Below, in pieces: positions 1 to 10,306 of a stretch of 64,000 nt of DNA. The position numbers and the translations under genes were made by a program. A model generated the notes under the pieces. The model was not told the DNA's origin, did no database searches, and was given only the letters and a program-made list of their open reading frames with translations. The DNA comes from a virus. Location of the stretch: IMG/VR virus record IMGVR_UViG_3300030061_002970. One strand, given 5' to 3'. How positions within the stretch are numbered: the first letter of the stretch is position 1; every line of letters starts with the position of its first letter.

Positions 1-1
1 T

Positions 2-598
2 TATAGTAATTCCGAATTAGCAAAAAACGCACAAGCCTTCACTAAAAGCTTTTTTAAATTTGATTTTTTTGATACACCAGTTAGAGAAGAACAAAAACTA
101 CTATTTTCAACAATAATGCCCACTAATAACTGTAGAAAGAAAAGTGTAGTCATAAACCCAGCAGAAGACCCAGAAGAATATTGGAATCAAAGAAGTGAAG
201 GTATCAACTTACCACAATATGATATATATACACCAGCGTTCTCTGCTGCATCAGCTCCTGAAGGTGCTAATGAAAATTATTATTTACAATGGTTAAAAGA
301 TAGAGATTTATTTACTGGTAATACATTTTACATGACCTGTAAATTCTTTAATGGTAAAACTGGTACAGTTATCAGAATGTTAAATCAGTTACCATCACCG
401 ATACAAGGACAATATAGTTTTGAAGATTTTTTCTATTACCAGATAATTTTAAATATAGAAACTGGTAATACAAACCCAAAATATAATTATACAGTACACC
501 CGTATAATTCAGTAGCTGGAGCTACTGGAATAACATTAGCACCAGCAGGTGAAACGGTCTTAGGACCAATAAAATTTTATGAATACGTAACTACATAG
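2..598 (+). CDS. Putative virion structural protein, 5'-truncated by the window edge
   Basis: The frame of ORF 116..598 is open back to base 2 (YSNSELAKNAQAFTKSFFKFDFFDTP...). It ends ...PIKFYEYVTT, 1 nt before the next gene in the structural block. Confidence 0.7.
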   Translation, partial: YSNSELAKNAQAFTKSFFKFDFFDTPVREEQKLLFSTIMPTNNCRKKSVVINPAEDPEEYWNQRSEGINLPQYDIYTPAFSAASAPEGANENYYLQWLKDRDLFTGNTFYMTCKFFNGKTGTVIRMLNQLPSPIQGQYSFEDFFYYQIILNIETGNTNPKYNYTVHPYNSVAGATGITLAPAGETVLGPIKFYEYVTT

Positions 599-599
599 T

Positions 600-3500
600 A
601 TGGATATACAAAAGTTTACAATACGAAGAAATACCCCGGACACTGGGAGTACTGGAACAATACCCTGTACTGGGGGGACAAATTTTTACCCTATAAACCT
701 TAGTACAAATTGTTCGGGAGACACGATGTATAACTCAACAGGTTCTCAAATAATGAGTGCTTTAGACAGTGGTGTTATGTCTAGTTTTCCGGATGAACTA
801 AAAGATTGTTCACCTACAATCCCATGTGTTATTTTATGGGACGCGGCACTAAACCCAAGCCCAAATAATTGTTACAATCCAGACGGGTATAGTTATGTTA
901 AATTTAAAGGTTTAGTACTTACTTCTGGAGGAACCTTCTACACTGGTAGTTATAATGATTTAATTACAATATATGATGTTACAAACACAAATATAAATCA
1001 ACCGTTAAACTCACAAGGTATTAATGCATTTTGGGGTGAAAGTGTGGAAATATGCAGTTGTTTGGACCCACTAGATGATATTTTATATAAGTTACCCCTA
1101 ACACTAACACAAGACTTCAATGATATAGGGCACTATAGTATTTGGGATGGTAGAATAGACCAACAACAAGTATTTTCTAACTTTACTTTTACAGCTAACA
1201 CTACAGGGAATGGTATGAAAATACAAGTATATAATACAACCAACTTTGGTTCGTATAAAGAATTCCAACAATCCTCATATAGAATTGATTGGGGTGAATG
1301 TGATTGTTCTATACCAGTTAATGCTAACGGTTATCCTTGTTGTGAAGATTTACAATATCCATCCTTAACAAGTGAATATGAATATGTAAATCCATCACAA
1401 TATAGTATTAAGATAACCCATGAAGGTCCATGGGGACCAACGTCTGTCAGTCAAATAATAACAGTACCCAACCTAACCTATACTCAAATATTAGCACAAC
1501 CATTTTCATCAGCACCACCAACAGGAGCTGGAATGGGTGGAGCTGCGGTAGGAGCAGGGGTAGCACTATCACCAACAACACCAGGAGGTGACCCATATCA
1601 AGTAAATTTAAGTGGTCCTAACCCAACACCATCAGTAACACCACCACCAATGTTTACCTCAACAGCGTATCACGGTACTTACGGTACTATTGGTACACCA
1701 AACTATTACCCTTTAGATTCTGGTACTAACATAAATCAATATAGTGGTACCTCTATAGGTTGTTTTGAACTTACGGGTATCACAGAAAGTTCAGTAGGTA
1801 TATTTTCTACATATAGTAATACACCATCTACCACAGCTCCAGGATTTTTACCTAATGGGTTTGAAAAATTTGTCACAGTACCTGTTGGTGGTGACGTTAT
1901 AGACCCATTAACTAACACTATAACAGCAGGTATGGTGGGGGAGATATTCGAAGCAAATGCAATATACACTGGATATACAATATCTTCCGCAAATGGACAA
2001 ACTCCTATAGATTTTTATGACTTTCCAAATGGAATAACAATTTTTGTGGCTACTAGTTGTGGTTTAAATTCTTTAGCGTTTGGTGGTGAAGATTGTTTTG
2101 AATGTCCCGAAGAAACTTGTGAATTTTGTTTAACTAAAGATGAATATATTGATAGGGTTACACTCACAGTAGAAACTATAACACCTAATCCACCATCTAG
2201 TCCACCTAATTGGTCACCTTTTGTAGATTATGTTAAAGGAGATATCGTATATGATGTAACACCACAGTCTTGTTGTTGTTATATTGCTGTGACAGATATA
2301 ACACAAACAAGTAATGTTGGAGGTAACAGTCCATTCGCAGGAATACTACCACACCAACTATATCAAGGTGTCTATGTTAATCCTACTGGACCTGATGTAC
2401 ATGTGTGGGAAGGTTGTACACCTGATTGTGTGAGTTGTCCTACAGGAAGTGCTTTACCTTGTGAAGACCCTTATAATATTTTTAATGCATATTCACCTAT
2501 GGGTGCTATTGGAATAGCGGGACAGTGGAATAACACACAAGTTTTTAACGCTGGTGAGTTTATATATGGTCCAGACGGAAATTGTTATAGAGCAATAAAT
2601 AATGTGCCAGCTGGTATCGTACCAACAGCCACTACTAACGTGACAAGTTGGGATTACGTGGGATGTGCAAGTTGGGTGTGTCCACAAGATTTAACAAATG
2701 TTGGTCCTGACGTTTGTGAATTAATTTCAGGGAGTACTCCTAATAGTTTTACTTTCTACGCGGGACCAGGAGGCTGTCTAACCGCATATAATAATGGTAA
2801 TTGTCCTGTAGATGATAGATGGCATTGCCCAAACCAATATAATTGTGACACACCTGGATGTATACAAATAGATTACACACATCCACAATATAATAATCCT
2901 GGTTACCCACTATCAGTTACTTTTTCATCAATGACAGACTGTGAAGACTGGTGTAACCCAATAGCTTGGTCATGTACAACACCAACAAATACACCATGTT
3001 GTTCTGAAGTTTCGTGTGCTGCTTTACCAGATTCAGACTATTATGATATAATGACAAATTATATACTTGCTACACCACAAGTAACTGCCACTAATAACCA
3101 ACTATTCCTAGACCCATTTTACACTTTAAATGATTGTGAAACTGGTGTCCCAGGACAAGGAATATCCGCATGTTGTGATTTTACAGCTTGGGAATATTTT
3201 TGTGACACAGGGTGTGTACAAATAACAGGTGGTAATTATCCCACTTCTGGTGATTGTGCAAGTGACCCAAATAATCTAGGTGGTTTACCAGGTCCTTGTG
3301 GTTGGGACTGTTATGACCCCTGGTACCAACCATGTAGTGGTGGTACCGGTTTTCCTGGTAGTACTACTTGTGTACCTTGTTATACTAATGGTTGTGGGCA
3401 ATACAATACCTCAGCAGATTGTTGTACCTATTGTAACCCACCATTAACTGACTGTTGGGTTTGTTTAAGTGGTTCAGCTACACCATGTCAAAATCTAGCA

Positions 3501-6500
3501 CCTTGTCCTACACCATTACCAACTTGGGAGGCGGACTGGGCTATTGACCCAGCACTTGTACCATTAAGTGGGTTTGGAGCAAATCCAAATCCTACAGACC
3601 CAACCTTAGCTTTACTATATCCAAATGGGTCCTACGCTACTGCACAAGATTGTGATGATAATTGTCCTACAGACGGTGGTATAGATTGTTTAGTTAGTTT
3701 AACTAATGGTAGTAGTTATGGTAATTGTGCAAATTATCCAAACCCAGTTGCATTACCTAGTGGTTGGGGTTGGTCACCTGGAGGCCCTTATGATTCTTAT
3801 TCAGCTTGTTGTATAGCAACAGGTTGTTGTGATATAGAGTGTGATGAAAACTCTTCGATATTTAATCCAATGAGTGGATTATATGACCCATCATGGCCAT
3901 ATTGGCCTTGTGTTTACACTCCTGTTGCAGTAGGAAGTGCTAATATACCTTGTAGTCCTTTAGGGCCAATATATTGTACATTTACAGAATGTGTGACAGC
4001 CAATCCAAATGGTTGTATTCCTGACGGAGAAACTTGTGAGTGTGCGTGTGACCCATTTACTGGTGGTGTTGGTGTAGACCAAGAAGAGTGGGATAGTACA
4101 TATAATAACTATCAACAATATGATTATGTATCTTGGCAAGTAGGAGCACCTGATGTTTGTTGTTATTATTGTGATGTACCATCAGGTAGTAATCCTTACG
4201 TGGGTCCACCAGCAGGATTTTATGATTGTAATTATTTTATACCTGGAGGGCCAGACGCACCAAACGGAACACCAAATGCTTGGATTAGTTGTGGTAGTAC
4301 CCCAAGTGGAAATACGGTTGGTGGTTGTGACCCATGTCAACAAGTTTCCGGGGATACCTATAGTTGTGACTTTATTGATGGTTGTGTTCTTAATGTTATA
4401 CCGTGTAATTTTGTTCTAGGTTCAGAAGCAGCTAACAACTGTTATACTGCTAGTACATGTATGGACCACTGTAGGGCAGGTTGTTTTTGTGATGATAATG
4501 GTACACCATCAGACCCTTCGGATGATTTTACAGATTGTGTAATGCAACAGGATGTTATAAATGGAGTAACGACCAACTCATCAAGTTGGTACGGGTTTTT
4601 AAGTGTGTGGCAGTGTCAACAAGGCATACTAGCACCACCACCAAGTAATTTAGATTGTTGTTCTGGTGCAACTAGTAAATTTCATTGTGACGATACTGAA
4701 TGGTGTAGTTCATTAAACCCTTGTGTAGCACCTGATGGTTGTGGATGTATAGAAGTTTTTCCTGGAGACCCACTGTATCCTACAGCAGCTTATACTACTT
4801 TATCCGACTGTCAACAAAATTGTAAGTGGGCTTGTGACCCTTCGTCAACCGGAGGACAATGTCAATTTGTAGGTAATAATCCATTAAACTTATTTCCAGA
4901 ACATACTTCAGCTTTTGACTGTTGGTCCAATACAAATAACTGTAACTGTACAGCACCTTCAGTTTATTTTTGTGATACGAATGCTGGACAATCAGCAACT
5001 ACTACAAATTGTTTCCCAGAAACTACCATAGTAAGTTGGATTGCTACACCACCTTTCCCAGGATGGACCCAAAATCAAGTATTTGGGCAACAGGGTACTG
5101 GTACACCTTATCCAGCTGGTGCTACTGGATTCGCTTCCTTGGGGGACTGTCAAGCAGCTTGTAGATTTTGTTGTGACACAAATGTTAGTTGTACTTGTGA
5201 CTTAAACCCGTATAACTTTTCCTGTGCGTTATCTATAGGAGATTGTATAAGTTTACAAGCTCAATATCCTTGTTGTCCACAAACAACAGAATATTGTTGT
5301 GATGAAACATTAGGGTGTATAAGTTTTGTTGGTACGATGCCAGCAAGTTGTGTACACGGACCATTTGCAACACCAACCCAGTGTCAAGACGAGTGTAATT
5401 TTATATGTGGAGAATGTAAACCAGATTTAGGTGCTACAGCACAACCAGACCCATGTCACTGTAGTCTTATAACTATACCATTTTATTCAGCAGTACCACC
5501 ATATGGTGCTTGTACAGCTTATAATACTTTAGCAGACTGTATAGCCAATTCTTACCCATTAGGTGGTACAGGTTCTAATAATACTACATGTTGTCCGTGT
5601 GAAGATTGTAAAACAGCAGGTAGTGTTACATTCCCAATAATTGACGCTGGTGGTACTTGGTCATTAAGTAACGTTGCAATACCAATGCCAATAGTAGGTA
5701 GTGTACTTGCAACCCCAGCATGGACTCCGGGGGTAAGTTATACTATAGGTGATGTTGTAATTGACGGTGGTGGAAGTGGAGGAACATTAACTAGTTGTTG
5801 TTTTGTTATGGTGTATGACCAATATGACCCTGCTTTACATAGTTCTATGAATCCACACGAATGGTATGATGCATACGCGAATGAATTAGCAAATAATACA
5901 CCTAGTACATTTCCTGGTGGACAACCAAATGGAGGATACCCAATGTGGGTACCGTGTGACACCAGTTGTCCTACCACAGCTGCAACTCCTACGATGTATG
6001 AATGTCTTCCAGGGCAACCAATATACACTGGTCCTTGTATGAACGCAACTCTGCAATACCCAATAAATCCAGTAGGAAATACTGGGTACGGAGCGATGGG
6101 TATTAATGCAGGAACCAGTTCCTGGTCGTTTCCTCAAATATTTTTTGATTGGATAGTACAAACTTTCCCACCAAATACGGCATTTGCTAGTAAAAAAGCT
6201 GTGAGTCCAAACGCTGTCAATGCTTCCTGCCCTAATCCTGACCCTAATCAGTATGGTGGTGCTGGTGGAATGTTTCTGACACGACCTAGTTGTCATTCTC
6301 AAAATGTTATATATACCACAGCAAATGGATGTCCCCAGTCTGTACCTTTCCTTGATTGGAATGAGGCTATCACTTGGTTAAATCAGGTTAATACAAATCT
6401 AGGTTTACCAACAACATTTAATACGGGTATGAATGTACAAGAAGCAAGAGATGAAATGACTAGTTATGGGGAAACAAATGTCGGGCTTTTCGCTGGTTCG

Positions 6501-8549
6501 TCTAGTTGTCAATGTTCACAAGTAGGACCATGTTCTTGTCAACAATGTACTAGTGGACTTAACTGTGTATATCCAAATTTAACATTATGTAATTTAGCAG
6601 CAACTGCAACTCCTTGTTGTCAACCACCACAAACAGGATACTATGTTTGTGATACAGGAAATCCAAACCCAGGTACTGGAGTTTGTCCTTGTGTGTGGGA
6701 CGCAAATGCTATTGTGGGGTATAATTCTATCTCAGATTGTACAGGTGACACCAGTACATGTTGCTATCAACCAACTCCAACAATGTGGAAATGTAACCCT
6801 TATTCAGCAACTACATCAGGATGGTCAGGTTGGGATGGTTATTTACAACAGATGAATACTGTGGGGACTACAGCGTTAAATCATTTTACTATAGACGTTG
6901 CAGATGCTCAATATCTAGTATTAATGGGGCAGTCTCAAGCATACGCCAATACAATAATAAATGCAGGGTATTTCCCAGATGAACTAACAGCTTTACAAGT
7001 GTTTTTTGCTAAAGCTAGAGGATTGGGTTATGATTTTGATGGTCCTGGTTCTACATTGGCTGGTGCTAGTCTTAGTGCTTACTACTTTGGTCTTGCAAAT
7101 TATGTTAGTCATGTACAATGTTTTCCATATACAACACAACCAGGATTACAACAATCTCCTGACTGTTTTGCACAAGTAGCGGATGGTACCTATCGTTTGA
7201 AAAGACTGCTAGTGAATACTACCATCCCATCTATACTTGGTGGTGGTGGTAACGTTCTTATCTACTTTAGTGAGAATACTTATTGGTATAATGTGATGAT
7301 GGGAAATACATCATGTCTAACCAATGCCAGTCTGAATATAATCTACAGTCCGAGTCAGGCGGGTAGTCCTCAGTATAGTCCTGATGGATATCTTCTTGAC
7401 CTTGCATTACTTATTAGTACCATAAATAATGACCCTAATATACCTTGTAATGGTCCTTCAGCACCTACTACAGCACTTAAGGTTATTTCTCTACCAATGT
7501 GTACACCACCATGTGAATGTTACCAAGACCCTAGTGGTGTATATAGTTCACTGTCACAATGTGAACTAGACCCAACAAATTGTTGTGATACAATTATACC
7601 AGATAGTTGGGATTGTGTTAATTGTCCGGGAACATGTAATTGTTTAGACCCAGGAACTGGACTAGGTGTGTATACAACACTTAATGATTGTTTAACTGAT
7701 TGTGTAAACCCACTTACACAAGGTTGTGAAGATTGTGATATTACCTTAGCTAATGTTTTAACTTCACAAGCAATCTATTTGGGTGGATGGGACCCACTCA
7801 CCCAATATAATTTAAGTGAGTGTGTAGTTTCTGATGATGATGATTGTTGTTATTGTTGTGTACCAGCAGGGCCTACACCAAATAGTGCAAACCCATACAC
7901 TTCTCAAAGTCTACAAACTATGTTATTTCAAGTTGCTGCAGCTTCAGTATGTAAAGATGGTCAAGGAGACCCTAGTTCTATCATAGGTATAAATATTGGT
8001 GGTGGAATGTGGTTACCGTGTAACGTTGATGTTAATAATAACCCATGTGGTACTTCACCCATTGTAGAATGTGAGGACTGTAATACGACACTATATAACG
8101 ATTTACCAACACCAGTAACTTTCCCACACCAATCAATTAATACAGCATATACTTCTGTACCATTTCAATTAGGTCAATGTATATATAATGTAGACCCTAC
8201 AAAAATAAACGAAAATTGTTGTTGGTGTTGTGGTTGTGAATTTGGTTGGGATAGTGTTGATAACAAATGTTTAGAACCAGGTCCTATCGGCCCTGCTGGA
8301 CCTGGTGGACCAAGTTTACCAACAGCTAAGTCTGCACAATATAGTTCAGTAATGCCACCACCTTGCCAAATTATTAATATGGACCCAGGTACTGGTGACC
8401 CTAACAGTGGTGATTTTATAGTTAATAATGGTACCTATAATAGTGCGTGGTTACCTTGTGGTGTTAATAGTCTAAATAATCCTTGTGGTGGTGCAAATAG
8501 TTCATCCTCATCATCCATACAACCGGACTCATCTATAGTACCTTTTTAA
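600..8549 (+). CDS. Giant Cys/Pro-rich modular virion-associated protein (PKD-like N-region, CBM5/12-like modules, many Cys repeats), 2649 aa
   Basis: Single ORF. Has a YRIDWGE...YSIKIT PKD-like segment, W-x5-6-Y-x2-G-D-x-V modules, and repeated (W/Y/F)xC...C...(Y/F)x(S/T)xxxCxxxC units. Sits among structural genes. Confidence 0.75.
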   Translation: MDIQKFTIRRNTPDTGSTGTIPCTGGTNFYPINLSTNCSGDTMYNSTGSQIMSALDSGVMSSFPDELKDCSPTIPCVILWDAALNPSPNNCYNPDGYSYVKFKGLVLTSGGTFYTGSYNDLITIYDVTNTNINQPLNSQGINAFWGESVEICSCLDPLDDILYKLPLTLTQDFNDIGHYSIWDGRIDQQQVFSNFTFTANTTGNGMKIQVYNTTNFGSYKEFQQSSYRIDWGECDCSIPVNANGYPCCEDLQYPSLTSEYEYVNPSQYSIKITHEGPWGPTSVSQIITVPNLTYTQILAQPFSSAPPTGAGMGGAAVGAGVALSPTTPGGDPYQVNLSGPNPTPSVTPPPMFTSTAYHGTYGTIGTPNYYPLDSGTNINQYSGTSIGCFELTGITESSVGIFSTYSNTPSTTAPGFLPNGFEKFVTVPVGGDVIDPLTNTITAGMVGEIFEANAIYTGYTISSANGQTPIDFYDFPNGITIFVATSCGLNSLAFGGEDCFECPEETCEFCLTKDEYIDRVTLTVETITPNPPSSPPNWSPFVDYVKGDIVYDVTPQSCCCYIAVTDITQTSNVGGNSPFAGILPHQLYQGVYVNPTGPDVHVWEGCTPDCVSCPTGSALPCEDPYNIFNAYSPMGAIGIAGQWNNTQVFNAGEFIYGPDGNCYRAINNVPAGIVPTATTNVTSWDYVGCASWVCPQDLTNVGPDVCELISGSTPNSFTFYAGPGGCLTAYNNGNCPVDDRWHCPNQYNCDTPGCIQIDYTHPQYNNPGYPLSVTFSSMTDCEDWCNPIAWSCTTPTNTPCCSEVSCAALPDSDYYDIMTNYILATPQVTATNNQLFLDPFYTLNDCETGVPGQGISACCDFTAWEYFCDTGCVQITGGNYPTSGDCASDPNNLGGLPGPCGWDCYDPWYQPCSGGTGFPGSTTCVPCYTNGCGQYNTSADCCTYCNPPLTDCWVCLSGSATPCQNLAPCPTPLPTWEADWAIDPALVPLSGFGANPNPTDPTLALLYPNGSYATAQDCDDNCPTDGGIDCLVSLTNGSSYGNCANYPNPVALPSGWGWSPGGPYDSYSACCIATGCCDIECDENSSIFNPMSGLYDPSWPYWPCVYTPVAVGSANIPCSPLGPIYCTFTECVTANPNGCIPDGETCECACDPFTGGVGVDQEEWDSTYNNYQQYDYVSWQVGAPDVCCYYCDVPSGSNPYVGPPAGFYDCNYFIPGGPDAPNGTPNAWISCGSTPSGNTVGGCDPCQQVSGDTYSCDFIDGCVLNVIPCNFVLGSEAANNCYTASTCMDHCRAGCFCDDNGTPSDPSDDFTDCVMQQDVINGVTTNSSSWYGFLSVWQCQQGILAPPPSNLDCCSGATSKFHCDDTEWCSSLNPCVAPDGCGCIEVFPGDPLYPTAAYTTLSDCQQNCKWACDPSSTGGQCQFVGNNPLNLFPEHTSAFDCWSNTNNCNCTAPSVYFCDTNAGQSATTTNCFPETTIVSWIATPPFPGWTQNQVFGQQGTGTPYPAGATGFASLGDCQAACRFCCDTNVSCTCDLNPYNFSCALSIGDCISLQAQYPCCPQTTEYCCDETLGCISFVGTMPASCVHGPFATPTQCQDECNFICGECKPDLGATAQPDPCHCSLITIPFYSAVPPYGACTAYNTLADCIANSYPLGGTGSNNTTCCPCEDCKTAGSVTFPIIDAGGTWSLSNVAIPMPIVGSVLATPAWTPGVSYTIGDVVIDGGGSGGTLTSCCFVMVYDQYDPALHSSMNPHEWYDAYANELANNTPSTFPGGQPNGGYPMWVPCDTSCPTTAATPTMYECLPGQPIYTGPCMNATLQYPINPVGNTGYGAMGINAGTSSWSFPQIFFDWIVQTFPPNTAFASKKAVSPNAVNASCPNPDPNQYGGAGGMFLTRPSCHSQNVIYTTANGCPQSVPFLDWNEAITWLNQVNTNLGLPTTFNTGMNVQEARDEMTSYGETNVGLFAGSSSCQCSQVGPCSCQQCTSGLNCVYPNLTLCNLAATATPCCQPPQTGYYVCDTGNPNPGTGVCPCVWDANAIVGYNSISDCTGDTSTCCYQPTPTMWKCNPYSATTSGWSGWDGYLQQMNTVGTTALNHFTIDVADAQYLVLMGQSQAYANTIINAGYFPDELTALQVFFAKARGLGYDFDGPGSTLAGASLSAYYFGLANYVSHVQCFPYTTQPGLQQSPDCFAQVADGTYRLKRLLVNTTIPSILGGGGNVLIYFSENTYWYNVMMGNTSCLTNASLNIIYSPSQAGSPQYSPDGYLLDLALLISTINNDPNIPCNGPSAPTTALKVISLPMCTPPCECYQDPSGVYSSLSQCELDPTNCCDTIIPDSWDCVNCPGTCNCLDPGTGLGVYTTLNDCLTDCVNPLTQGCEDCDITLANVLTSQAIYLGGWDPLTQYNLSECVVSDDDDCCYCCVPAGPTPNSANPYTSQSLQTMLFQVAAASVCKDGQGDPSSIIGINIGGGMWLPCNVDVNNNPCGTSPIVECEDCNTTLYNDLPTPVTFPHQSINTAYTSVPFQLGQCIYNVDPTKINENCCWCCGCEFGWDSVDNKCLEPGPIGPAGPGGPSLPTAKSAQYSSVMPPPCQIINMDPGTGDPNSGDFIVNNGTYNSAWLPCGVNSLNNPCGGANSSSSSSIQPDSSIVPF

Positions 8550-8555
8550 TTTAAA

Positions 8556-9134
8556 ATGATTATGGAATATGGGAAACATAAAAAATATGAAATAGGGTAC
8601 ATCAAAGTAGATAAAAAAATTTATATGCCTACAGTAGAAAGGTTAGATAAATGGGTTGATATAATATCTAAAAAAAAATGGTATAATAATTTTGAATTTT
8701 ATATTACAGGTTCTTTTACAAGTCACATAATGAAAATAAGACCTTTTTGGCCTACATGGGATGTAGACATGGTTGTAACACAAGAAGAAGGTAAAGAATT
8801 GGACTATGATTTAATTAAAAGAGTCTTACTGGAATCTGTTGAGGTTGCTTTAATAGATTGTGATTTTTGGATGGACCTAAGTTTCCAAAGAAAAAAAGAT
8901 ATATGGGGGTTAAAACCAGGACAATCACTAAATAACGCAGCCACTCATATAGTAAAAGCAATCAAATATAGTAATAAAGGTAAGGTAGAACTAACTAAAG
9001 ATTTGTGGGAAATACACAGAGAGTTTCCCCTAAAAAAACATATAGCAAGAAATAAGTTTGGTTTTAAATACGGCAAACTAATTTCAATAAAAGAATACAA
9101 AGAAAAATATTATAAACAAAATGTGTCAGTATAA
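8556..9134 (+). CDS. Pol-beta superfamily nucleotidyltransferase-like protein
   Basis: hhhGS motif (YITGSF), DxD (WDVDMVV) and a third acidic residue (WMDLSF). Confidence 0.6.
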   Translation: MIMEYGKHKKYEIGYIKVDKKIYMPTVERLDKWVDIISKKKWYNNFEFYITGSFTSHIMKIRPFWPTWDVDMVVTQEEGKELDYDLIKRVLLESVEVALIDCDFWMDLSFQRKKDIWGLKPGQSLNNAATHIVKAIKYSNKGKVELTKDLWEIHREFPLKKHIARNKFGFKYGKLISIKEYKEKYYKQNVSV

Positions 9135-9167
9135 ATTATTACTGGGATATTTATAATAAAATAATAG

Positions 9168-9389
9168 ATGGGATTTAAAAAAATTTTTAGAAATGGTTGT
9201 ATACCACCTTTAACAAAAGAAGAGGTTTTAATGAATGTTTGTGAAAGACCAGAAACCAGGTCTAACATATTTATTGAAAGAGGTAAAATAACCGTCTTTG
9301 AAAAACCCCAAAGACTAGGACAAACACCAAATTTAGGTGAGTTAGAGTTACATGGATATGGGTTTTATAAAATTAATAAACAACCTTAA
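9168..9389 (+). CDS. Small putative structural protein (73 aa)
   Basis: Preceded by TATTTATA at 9148 and abuts the next structural gene. Confidence 0.65.
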   Translation: MGFKKIFRNGCIPPLTKEEVLMNVCERPETRSNIFIERGKITVFEKPQRLGQTPNLGELELHGYGFYKINKQP

Positions 9390-9391
9390 AA

Positions 9392-10300
9392 ATGGCATTA
9401 GGAGCATACGGAATAAAAAGACCAGCTGACGTACTTCCAGACGACGTACAAATTATTGTACACTACACACCAAGTAGGGACGCAACCTCTAATTTTGTAG
9501 TTTCACAATTACCAGCAAATACCTTATTAACACCACATTACCACCAAAATAATACTGGTGGGGCAAACGGTGTTGAAATTCTAGGTGGACTATATGATTT
9601 ACAATTACCATCCAACGTCTTCGCAGCTAAAGGAATTTATACAATTTATATTAGACCAGTAGAGATAAGAACTACTATAATAGATTGTGGTATCTTAGCT
9701 TCTCTACCAAACGTAAAAGGACTTGTCTTTGATTTAAATAATGTACCAGCAGCATATAGAAGTAGATTTAAACCACATTCCTTAGTGGGTTATAGAATAG
9801 AATACTTACAAGCAAATGGAGAAAAAATACATAACTTTTTTAGAATAGTAACATCTAATTTTTATTGTGAACCAGTAGCAGCAAATCTAACAAACCCAAA
9901 TCAGGTAGCACCAAGATACGTCTACACAAATACTGAAACAAATTTAATATTTTGTACACTAACACCAACAAGTGCCCCATCAAATAATCCTAACGCGATT
10001 CCATTTATAGGGCAACCGGGACAAAACGTTATAATTACAAATACTTTTTTCAACCCAATTGTTTTAGATGTAGAAATGGTAGACCATGACTTTGACACTT
10101 TAGCTATTGCATTATACGGTAACCAATCTAAATCAATAGACGACGGAATCTACACCCTTTACGACTTTAACCAAAATATCTATCAACAATACGATTTATA
10201 TGAGGTTAGAGACCAATTTAATGACCAATTATACGAAATTAGAGCGAATAGAGGTAACAATATAGATTTTAGTAAGACATTTAGTACAATAAACGTTTAA
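9392..10300 (+). CDS. Putative baseplate/tail structural protein
   Basis: 302-aa beta-rich ORF in the structural block; function inferred from context. Confidence 0.55.
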   Translation: MALGAYGIKRPADVLPDDVQIIVHYTPSRDATSNFVVSQLPANTLLTPHYHQNNTGGANGVEILGGLYDLQLPSNVFAAKGIYTIYIRPVEIRTTIIDCGILASLPNVKGLVFDLNNVPAAYRSRFKPHSLVGYRIEYLQANGEKIHNFFRIVTSNFYCEPVAANLTNPNQVAPRYVYTNTETNLIFCTLTPTSAPSNNPNAIPFIGQPGQNVIITNTFFNPIVLDVEMVDHDFDTLAIALYGNQSKSIDDGIYTLYDFNQNIYQQYDLYEVRDQFNDQLYEIRANRGNNIDFSKTFSTINV

Positions 10301-10306
10301 CGAGTT

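Noticed and set aside
1736-6855. Short alternative-frame and antisense ORFs inside the giant gene (and similar shadow ORFs elsewhere, e.g. 17195-17458, 35509-36663)
   Set aside because: They lie wholly within long coding genes and have no recognisable motifs; expected shadows.
600-8549. Diversity-generating retroelement or eukaryotic contamination as the source of the Cys repeats
   Set aside because: No reverse transcriptase or near-identical TR/VR pair seen. The repeats are divergent at DNA level, and the ORF is intronless and tightly coupled to phage genes.
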